A stretch of 57,806 nt of DNA from Candidatus Sungbacteria bacterium RIFCSPLOWO2_02_FULL_51_17 (GTDB lineage: Bacteria; Patescibacteriota; Minisyncoccia; Sungbacterales; GWA2-42-14). Positions 46,315 through 52,711 of the stretch are shown piece after piece (position 1 is the first letter of the stretch; each line of letters opens with the position of its first letter). Both the position numbers and the translations under genes were made by a program. The notes beneath the pieces were generated by a model. It did not search any database and was not told where the DNA came from. It saw only the letters and a program-made list of their open reading frames with translations. The DNA lies in assembly GCA_001820785.1 (NCBI GenBank), contig MHQW01000042.1, forward strand, positions 1 through 57,806, written 5' to 3'.

Positions 46315-48042
46315 ATGAAATACATACTCTATGCAAGAAAATCTACCGAGGACGAGGATCATCAAATTCTCTCGATTGAGGCGCAACTCTTTGAGTTGCG
46401 CCAGTTTGCCGCCAAAGAAAAACTTGAAATTGTCGCTTCCTTCGAGGAAGCAAAAACTGCCAAAGAACCTGGGCGAATTAAATTTGCAGAAATGTTGTCA
46501 TTGATTGAAAGGGGAAAAGCTGACGGAATACTCTCATGGAATCCCGATCGTCTTGCAAGAAATTCTGTGGACGGTGGAAGGATAATTCACATGATTGATT
46601 GCGGCTTGATAAAGTCCCTCAAATTTCCCACTTTCTGGTTTGAGCCAACGCCGCAGGGTTTGTTTATGCTCCAAATTGCTTTTGGCCAATCGAAATACTA
46701 TGTAGATTCTCTGAGAGAAAATGTAACTCGTGGAATGAGGCAAAAAGTGAGAAATGGAGTATGGCCAAGCAAGGCGCCACTCGGCTACCTCAATAATCCA
46801 AAGACGCGAGGAATTGATGTTGATACAGAAAGAGCTCCTAAAGTGAAAAAGATTTTTGAGTTATATGCCACTGGAAACTACAACCTTCGAGAATTAGCAG
46901 AGTGGTGCAAACGAGTAAATCTCAAAAGCAATTTGGGGCGGGGCATCGCTATTTCTCAAATCCATAAGATACTCCAAAATGTTTTCTATATCGGACTTAT
47001 GAAATATAAGGGTGAAACCCACGAAGCAACTCACGAGCCGCTAATTTCAAAGAAACTTTTTGATAAAGTTCGGGAAATAATGCGAGAGAAAGGAAAGCCA
47101 CAAAAAGTGAAGACGCACAATTTTGCTTTTCTTGGACTTATGAAATGTTCTTGCTCGGCGGCAATTACCGCCGAAAAGAAAATCAAACCAAGCGGCAGAG
47201 AATATATTTACTATCGTTGTACCAAAAAGAAAGGGCCGTGCCAAGAAAAGCACTTTTTGCGGCAAGAGGCGTTATATCAACAAATCAAATCTTTTCTTCA
47301 AAAAGTTTCTTTGTCGAGCCACGACACGAAGAAAGTGTTGGCGGAGTTAAACAAAGAAGAGGCCCAAGCAAAAGAGCAGGCCAAAACTACTGTTCAAAAT
47401 CTCAAGGCCGAATTTTCTGAAATCGAGAGGAAGCTCGAAAAATTGCTCGATGTGTATTTAGCCGAAACCATTACTGCCGAAGAATACGCCTCTCGCAAAG
47501 AAAAACTGGTCAAGCAAAAGGTCGGTCTGCAGGAGGAAATCCGAGATTTTGAACAAAGGGGTCTGTCGTGGCTCGAACCCGCTCGTGAGTTTGCTTTATC
47601 ACTTAATCAAGCCGCGAAATTGCTTGAAACCGAAAACAAGACGGAAATGACAACATTTCTTAAAAATATCGGCTTGAACTGCATTTTGCAGAATCGCCAA
47701 CTGATTTTTTCGCCTAAAATTCAATACAAATTGGCCGCCGAGCGAAGCGAGGCGGCTTCCAATTCCTTGCGCTTTTCTAAAATGTGGACCATGGGAGAAT
47801 CGAACTCCCGCATCCCGGATGCAAACCGGGCGCACTGCCACTGTGCTAATGGCCCATGGACTGAATCATACAGCAGGGCACCTCATGCTGTGCGTTGGAA
47901 AACATGCGCATTATATATAGAATGGCAACTTCCCGCAAGCGACGGTGACACATGTTGCCACTTGCTCCCCACCCCAATCCTGCTACACTGTCCAAAGATG
48001 CGTTCGTTGAAAAAGGCCTTGTGCCGCGGAGGGGTGCTATGA
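46315..48042 (+). CDS. Large serine recombinase (resolvase domain, recombinase domain, zinc ribbon, coiled coil)
   Basis: YARKSTEDE catalytic-Ser N-terminus, DRLARN, a Cys4 ribbon (CSCS...YYRCTKKKGPC) and a long coiled coil. The ORF has no stop until 48042, after running through IR-B' and antisense tRNA-Ala, so the functional 3' end is uncertain. Confidence 0.85.
   Translation: MKYILYARKSTEDEDHQILSIEAQLFELRQFAAKEKLEIVASFEEAKTAKEPGRIKFAEMLSLIERGKADGILSWNPDRLARNSVDGGRIIHMIDCGLIKSLKFPTFWFEPTPQGLFMLQIAFGQSKYYVDSLRENVTRGMRQKVRNGVWPSKAPLGYLNNPKTRGIDVDTERAPKVKKIFELYATGNYNLRELAEWCKRVNLKSNLGRGIAISQIHKILQNVFYIGLMKYKGETHEATHEPLISKKLFDKVREIMREKGKPQKVKTHNFAFLGLMKCSCSAAITAEKKIKPSGREYIYYRCTKKKGPCQEKHFLRQEALYQQIKSFLQKVSLSSHDTKKVLAELNKEEAQAKEQAKTTVQNLKAEFSEIERKLEKLLDVYLAETITAEEYASRKEKLVKQKVGLQEEIRDFEQRGLSWLEPAREFALSLNQAAKLLETENKTEMTTFLKNIGLNCILQNRQLIFSPKIQYKLAAERSEAASNSLRFSKMWTMGESNSRIPDANRAHCHCANGPWTESYSRAPHAVRWKTCALYIEWQLPASDGDTCCHLLPTPILLHCPKMRSLKKALCRGGVL
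47688..47787. repeat. Inverted repeat IR-B' (100 bp), within the recombinase 3' end and overlapping tRNA-Ala by 3 nt
   Basis: See IR-B. It ends in GTGG (47784-47787). Confidence 0.9.
47785..47855 (-). tRNA. tRNA-Ala (anticodon UGC)
   Basis: Minus-strand GGGCCAT acceptor with the G3:U70 alanine identity pair, anticodon loop TTTGCAT, T-arm GGGAG-TTCGATT-CTCCC. 71 nt, no encoded CCA. Confidence 0.85.
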
Positions 48043-48845
48043 GCGCTACGTCAAAACTTATTGTAGCACTTGATGTGCCAAGCATTGATAGGGCGATAGA
48101 GATTGTAGATGCCACGCGCTTTTACGTGCATAGTTTTAAGATCGGCACGGCGCTGATGCAGACGATTATTGCATCCATTATAGGGCCCCGGGAAGTACGA
48201 GATGCCGAGGCGAATGCCGGCAAGGTACGAACCTTGTTTTCACTTCTTACGGGAAGGATTTTCTGGGATGCAAAATTTTCTGACATTCCCAATACGGTGC
48301 TTGGAAGCGTGAGCGAGGCGGCGGCGGTTCATCCCGCGATGGTGACGGTTCATGCTTCTTGCGGAATTCGCTCGCTTAAGGCCGCGGTTGCGGCAACGCT
48401 TGAGGTCGTTCCGTACGGGTTTGGCGGCAAAACCATGCGTCCAAAGATCATCGCGGTGACCGTTCTGACATCGCTTGACGATACTGATACCGATGCGATT
48501 TTCGGCGGGACACGAAAGGAAAAAGTTCTGCAGTTCGCCTATAACGCGCTTCACGTTGGTGCTGAAGGCATTGTGTGTTCGGCATCCGACCTTTCTACTC
48601 TGCGGTGCCACAACGATCTTACTCATCTTCTCAGAGTAGTTCCAGGGGTTCGTCCACAGTGGGCGCCGCATGATGATCAGTCCGCGGTGGCGATTCCGGA
48701 AGATGCCGTTGCGGCTGGAGCGCATTTTTTGGTAGTTGGGCGTCCTATCCTTAATCCTCCGCCAGCCATCGGTACTGCCGCAAATGCCATTGAGGATATT
48801 TCTCTTGCCATCACCCGAGGAGAAATCCGCAGGAGGAGCGAATGA
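48039..48845 (+). CDS. pyrF: Orotidine 5'-phosphate decarboxylase
   Basis: KLIVALD, FKIG and DAKFSDIPNTV motifs. GGAGGGG RBS. The start is moved to 48039. Confidence 0.8.
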   Translation: MSATSKLIVALDVPSIDRAIEIVDATRFYVHSFKIGTALMQTIIASIIGPREVRDAEANAGKVRTLFSLLTGRIFWDAKFSDIPNTVLGSVSEAAAVHPAMVTVHASCGIRSLKAAVAATLEVVPYGFGGKTMRPKIIAVTVLTSLDDTDTDAIFGGTRKEKVLQFAYNALHVGAEGIVCSASDLSTLRCHNDLTHLLRVVPGVRPQWAPHDDQSAVAIPEDAVAAGAHFLVVGRPILNPPPAIGTAANAIEDISLAITRGEIRRRSE

Positions 48846-49456
48846 TCAGAGTGCACGATCGCGACAGATTACTGGAGATGCTTCATGCAGTGGGAGCTGT
48901 TCGTACGGGACATTTCATATATACGAGTGGCCGGCATGGCGCCAAATACGTGAACAAGGATGCTCTCTATCCCGATGCGATGCTGACCGCATATTTTTGT
49001 GAGATCATCGCGGATCGCTTCGTAAAGGACGGCATTGAGGTTGTGCTTGCCCCTGCCTTGGGTGGTATTGATCTTAAAACATGGGTCTCATATCACCTTT
49101 CGCGGAAATGTGGCCGCAAGGTATATGGGGTATATGCGGAAAAAAATTCCGACGGTACTGCATTCCTTCTGCGTCGCGGGTACGAGACATTTGTTTCCGG
49201 CCGTCGGGTTCTTGTTGTAGAAGATGTATTAAATACAGGTGGCAGTATCCGAAAGGTACTTCGGTTGGCGGAATCAGTCGGCGGAATAGTCGTCGGTGCT
49301 GCGGCCCTCGTAGATAGAGGTGGTTTTACAGCCGAACTGCTCGGTGTTCCAAAATTGGTGTCGGTATTTGATATGCCGCTTGAATCATGGGATCCGGAGC
49401 GGTGCCCATTGTGCCGCGATGGCGCGCCCCTGACGAAGGGTTTCGGCAAAACATAG
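48842..49456 (+). CDS. pyrE: Orotate phosphoribosyltransferase
   Basis: PRPP-binding motif VLVVEDVLNTGGS. ATGA overlap with pyrF. Confidence 0.8.
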   Translation: MIRVHDRDRLLEMLHAVGAVRTGHFIYTSGRHGAKYVNKDALYPDAMLTAYFCEIIADRFVKDGIEVVLAPALGGIDLKTWVSYHLSRKCGRKVYGVYAEKNSDGTAFLLRRGYETFVSGRRVLVVEDVLNTGGSIRKVLRLAESVGGIVVGAAALVDRGGFTAELLGVPKLVSVFDMPLESWDPERCPLCRDGAPLTKGFGKT

Positions 49457-49577
49457 TAGAAAGTGTCTAATGCATGCCGCACGAGTGCCATGCATTTTTT
49501 TATGCACAGGACGTGTATATTTTTCGGTATGCCGCGTGGTATGATATAGTATGTGAGATGACTAGCATTTATACAAT

Positions 49578-50894
49578 ATGGCGCAGTTTCAACAGCAGGA
49601 AATAACCGCCGAAGAGCTCGTACGCGTACTCATCCAACAGGCGGTCCGCGAACGCGTCTCTGATATTCACATTGAGCCCCTAGTAGACAGGATGTGTCTT
49701 CGGTTTCGCGTGGACGGAAATCTTCAGGACCGCGGTACCCGGCCCTTGTATGAGTTGGAGCCGATCCTTACCCGGATGAAGGTTCTTTCTAATCTTGATA
49801 TCACGAGTCATGCAACGCCGCAGGAGGGGCATTTTGAGATGACCGTTGACGTGGGCGGCGGGCAAGCGGCCGCAGAGGCCGAGAGAGCCGAGCGCTCCGC
49901 AGGCAACCTTACCGATAAGCTCTCTAGTTTGTTTTCCAAAGGAGGCGGTAATTCTCTCCCGCCGGAGCCGGGTGTGCCGTTACAGGCCCAGCAAAGCACG
50001 AAACGCTTGATAGACGTGCGTCTTTCAATTTTTCCGACGATACATGGCGAGACCGCGGTTCTGCGTCTTTTGAATCGCGCGGAGATGTTCATGTCCATAA
50101 AAGATCTCGGATTTGATGCGGCTGAGTTTTCAATTGTAAAAAAGATCATCAATAAGATCTATGGCATGGTGCTTGTAACGGGGCCCTCTGGCGCCGGAAA
50201 AACAACGACCCTCTACTCAATTTTGCGGGAAATAAAAAGCAAGGAGAAAAATATCATCACGCTTGAAGACCCGGTTGAGTTCCATATTGACGATATTCGC
50301 CAAAGCCAGATGAATCCCGACCAGGGGTATACGTTTGCGATCGGCATGCGCTCAATTTTGCGGCAAGATCCTGACGTGGTAATGATCGGCGAAATTCGGG
50401 ATCCGGAAACGGCAGAGCAGGCGGTGCGGGCATCGCTTACCGGGCGCATCGTTTTTTCCACGGTGCATTCTAACACCACTATCGGCACGATCGCGCGTCT
50501 TACCGATATGAACGTTGAACGAAGCTTGATCGCATATGCCATAAATGGCGTCATCGCCCAGCGTTTGGTGCGAAAAATGTGCCAGCAATGCAAAACGACC
50601 TACCAACCGGAGGCGGAATACATGAGTTATTTCGGGCTCACGGATGGACAACAGACATTTTTGAAAGGAAAAGGATGCTCTGCGTGCGACAATACCGGAT
50701 ATATTGGGCGCGTCGGCATCTTTGAAGTTTTTGAGTTTGATGACACCATTCGCTCCCTCATTATTGATAAGGCGCCGATGTTTGCGATCCAGGAGTACGC
50801 GGAAAAAAACGGCATGAAAACGCTGAAGCAAGGCGCAATTGAAAAGGTCTTGGCCGGAATAACTACACTTGAAGAGGCTGCCCGAACAGTATGA
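49578..50894 (+). CDS. GspE/PilB-family secretion ATPase (type II secretion / type IV pilus assembly)
   Basis: Walker A GPSGAGKTTT, Asp and His boxes, and the tetracysteine motif CQQC...CSAC. It has an Ala/Gly/Ser-rich insertion of about 50 aa ahead of the IDVRLS block. Confidence 0.85.
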   Translation: MAQFQQQEITAEELVRVLIQQAVRERVSDIHIEPLVDRMCLRFRVDGNLQDRGTRPLYELEPILTRMKVLSNLDITSHATPQEGHFEMTVDVGGGQAAAEAERAERSAGNLTDKLSSLFSKGGGNSLPPEPGVPLQAQQSTKRLIDVRLSIFPTIHGETAVLRLLNRAEMFMSIKDLGFDAAEFSIVKKIINKIYGMVLVTGPSGAGKTTTLYSILREIKSKEKNIITLEDPVEFHIDDIRQSQMNPDQGYTFAIGMRSILRQDPDVVMIGEIRDPETAEQAVRASLTGRIVFSTVHSNTTIGTIARLTDMNVERSLIAYAINGVIAQRLVRKMCQQCKTTYQPEAEYMSYFGLTDGQQTFLKGKGCSACDNTGYIGRVGIFEVFEFDDTIRSLIIDKAPMFAIQEYAEKNGMKTLKQGAIEKVLAGITTLEEAARTV

Positions 50895-50901
50895 TATAAT
50901 A

Positions 50902-50922
50902 TATGGAGGTTGAACCTCCATA
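50902..50922. repeat. REP-like palindrome, copy b (central G)
   Basis: TATGGAGGTT-G-AACCTCCATA, 8 nt after the gspE-like stop. Confidence 0.85.
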
Positions 50923-50939
50923 ATATTAGGGAAATTATT

Positions 50940-50961
50940 AGCGCACAAGCGCTGATTTTTT
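50940..50961 (+). terminator. Putative rho-independent terminator
   Basis: AGCGC-acaa-GCGCT followed by GATTTTTT. Confidence 0.55.
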
Positions 50962-51158
50962 ATCGCCGGCGTATTTGCTGAAGAACATTCGGTACGATTT
51001 GAAAACATTCTTCGCTACATGGCTTATGAAACTGAGTGCTCCACTTTTTGGAATCTCACATGAGTGTGGGAAGGATGATGCTTATAGCAAGTATTTTATG
51101 GCACACGCACCGTGCCCCCTGATGGCTTTTGGGGGTTGCGCTATACAGTATTTCATAC

Positions 51159-51266
51159 ACTCATATATTAGCGATAGCATAAATATGAGGATTTTATTGA
51201 GAACAATCGTTTACTCATATAAATGCGACCGCTGAAATATGAGGAATTATTGAGGACTATTTTGTT
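51159..51266 (+). repeat. Tandem pair of ~54-bp hairpin-containing repeats (copies 1-2)
   Basis: ACTCATAT-N5-GCGAYMGC-N2-AAATATGAGGA...TTATTGAGRAC, with a period of 54 bp. Copy 2 overlaps the stop codon of the adjacent gene. Confidence 0.75.
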
Positions 51267-51813
51267 AGCGGATATGAAAAATTTCTTTGAGATGAAGTTC
51301 GTTGTCAATGGAATGTGCTATGACAAAGCGAATGTGTCGGCGTGCCTGATAAAATTCAATAAGAAAATCTATTTCATTTTTACATTCGTATGGATGCACA
51401 AACACGCTTTTTTGGAGCTCAAAAAAGGAGAGCCGCTTTAGGTGATGCCGAAATGCGTCCCTAATTTTTTTCTGATGCTCCGGAATATCAAAAAGAACGA
51501 TTCGCCACTTCTTGTCCCATTGTTCGGGGCGCGCTATTGTCATTTCATCAAATTTATACGATAAAACACGTCTTCTGCCGGTATCAGTAAGAGTTAACGT
51601 AACTTCTTTCCCGCTACGCTCCTTAACGGTGATGAGACGATTTTCATATAATCCCGCGATAGCCCGCCTTAGATTATAACGGTTGATACTTTGCCACTCC
51701 TTGCCAACCAGGGTAATTATTTTGAAGAAGCTTTTTGGTGATGTTGAAAGGCCGAGCGCTGCGCCACTTGCGAGAAGAATGAGTATTTTATGCTGAATTC
51801 CGCCTATTTTCAT
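51265..51813 (-). CDS. wHTH regulator-like protein with PaaX-C / Cas2-like C-terminal fold
   Basis: 182 aa. N-terminal winged-helix-like region. WRIVLFDIPEHQKKIRDAFRHHLKRLSFFELQKSVFVHP matches the beta-alpha-beta pattern shared by PaaX C-domains and Cas2. Confidence 0.55.
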   Translation of the reverse strand: MKIGGIQHKILILLASGAALGLSTSPKSFFKIITLVGKEWQSINRYNLRRAIAGLYENRLITVKERSGKEVTLTLTDTGRRRVLSYKFDEMTIARPEQWDKKWRIVLFDIPEHQKKIRDAFRHHLKRLSFFELQKSVFVHPYECKNEIDFLIEFYQARRHIRFVIAHSIDNELHLKEIFHIR

Positions 51814-51857
51814 GAAAGTGTATCCAATGGTTAACTAAATGTAGTATATTATATGCT

Positions 51858-51967
51858 ACTTATATTTTAACGATAGCGCAAATGTGAGGGAAATCAGCGA
51901 TGAGATACTAATACTCATATTCTCTCGATCGCGATAATATGAGGGAAAATTGAAGGGATGGGGTGAG
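51858..51967 (+). repeat. Tandem pair of ~55-bp hairpin-containing repeats (copies 3-4), in the promoter region of the wHTH gene
   Basis: ACTTATAT..CGATAGCGCAAATGTGAGGGA and ACTCATAT..CGATCGCGATAATATGAGGGA, in the same orientation as copies 1-2. A minus-strand TATAAT lies at 51848-51853. Confidence 0.7.
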
Positions 51968-52045
51968 ATAGCCCCATTTGTCAGAAGAGGTTTTTGGTGC
52001 GGACTGAGCATGAAACGATGTAGATGTAAAAATGGACACGGCTCT

Positions 52046-52120
52046 TTATTGGCCCATGCGGTAGAGGCGGAGAACTTCGGCCGGGGTCAGCGCGCGATTG
52101 TAGATGCGGACGTCGTCCAG
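52046..52120 (-). pseudogene. Orphan 3'-terminal fragment of a LamG-domain gene (24 codons plus stop)
   Basis: Encodes LDDVRIYNRALTPAEVLRLYRMGQ*, preceded directly by an in-frame TAG. GC-rich relative to its surroundings. Confidence 0.75.
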
Positions 52121-52156
52121 CTATGGAGCCACTTCTAACGGGATACGTCGTGAGTT

Positions 52157-52417
52157 CTAATACAGCTCGTCATGAGTACCAATATTAGTGTATAAAACTC
52201 GGTTGCCTTCAAGGAATACAAAAGCAATTCGGTAGGAGCGATCTACCGAATATGCCCATTCCTCTTTCTTTTTTCCGTGAAGCTTGTGAACGTCAAGACG
52301 CGGGTCTCGCCCACCGCTCTCCTTAAATATTTTCATCCGGAGAGTTGCTTTTTCCTGAATAACCGGATGGAGTTTTAGGAAAGATCTCTGAAAACGCGAG
52401 GAAACATCAACCTGCAT
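52157..52417 (-). CDS. Type II toxin, RelE/YafQ-like mRNA interferase family
   Basis: 86 aa with the pattern ...DVHKLHGKKKEEWAYSVDRSYRIAF...GTHDELY, typical of RelE-superfamily toxins. It overlaps the upstream antitoxin gene by 11 nt. Confidence 0.65.
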   Translation of the reverse strand: MQVDVSSRFQRSFLKLHPVIQEKATLRMKIFKESGGRDPRLDVHKLHGKKKEEWAYSVDRSYRIAFVFLEGNRVLYTNIGTHDELY

Positions 52418-52652
52418 ATTTTTGATAAAGCTTTGGATGCTCCCGTTTAAGAAATGTCTCCAAGCGTTCGGTTTTGCCAGTGCGATGCTCTTTTACGCTC
52501 CGTTCTACGCGTTTATCAAGCTTATTTGCCGCTCTCCCTTTAAGAAAAACGGCCGGCAGCATTTGTGCCTTCATGCGATCTAATTCTTTTCTTGAAATAA
52601 TGACCAGCTCCTCCTTTCCGGTTATTTTTGGGGGAATAGTTATGATAGTCAT
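52407..52652 (-). CDS. Type II antitoxin (cognate of the RelE-like toxin)
   Basis: 81-aa charged protein immediately upstream of, and overlapping, the toxin gene. Confidence 0.55.
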   Translation of the reverse strand: MTIITIPPKITGKEELVIISRKELDRMKAQMLPAVFLKGRAANKLDKRVERSVKEHRTGKTERLETFLKREHPKLYQKYAG

Positions 52653-52711
52653 AGGTACATACTAACAAAAAGTGCAGAAGAAAACAATGCTCAAAATTAT
52701 ACTTTGTGCTA

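Larger units (their letters stand above)
45068..47787. mobile_element. Putative 2.7-kb integrative element at the 3' end of tRNA-Ala (serine recombinase plus one cargo gene) with att-like junctions and an internal inverted attP-like copy
   Basis: AT-rich relative to its flanks. A GTGG core occurs at 45068-45071 and 47784-47787. Arms are 98/98 and 98/100 identical to 46087-46280. It is bounded by a tRNA 3' end. Confidence 0.55.

Noticed and set aside
44790-46336. ORFs 44790..45242 (-), 46010..46303 (+) and 46085..46336 (-), which share the peptide strings ARRSRDFGISRGAYLAACGGENRPNYFKNRP and IFSPKIQYKL.AERSEAASNSLRFSKMW.
   Set aside because: The shared peptides are simply translations of the inverted repeats IR-A and IR-B, and 44790..45242 also runs antisense through tRNA-Lys. 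I treat them as repeats or att arms rather than as genes. The exception is that the 46085..46336 frame mirrors the possible recombinase tail discussed in the findings.
50975-51441. ORFs 50975..51235 and 51223..51441 (+).
   Set aside because: They are AT-rich with poor coding character. They overlap the hairpin repeats and the 3' part of the minus-strand wHTH gene, and they have no motifs.
51159-51967. Possible mini-CRISPR array next to a Cas2-fold protein.
   Set aside because: There are only 2+2 directly abutting copies with no spacers between them. The copies are about 80% rather than near 100% identical. No cas1 or other cas gene is present, and the N-terminal wHTH makes a PaaX-type regulator more likely than Cas2.
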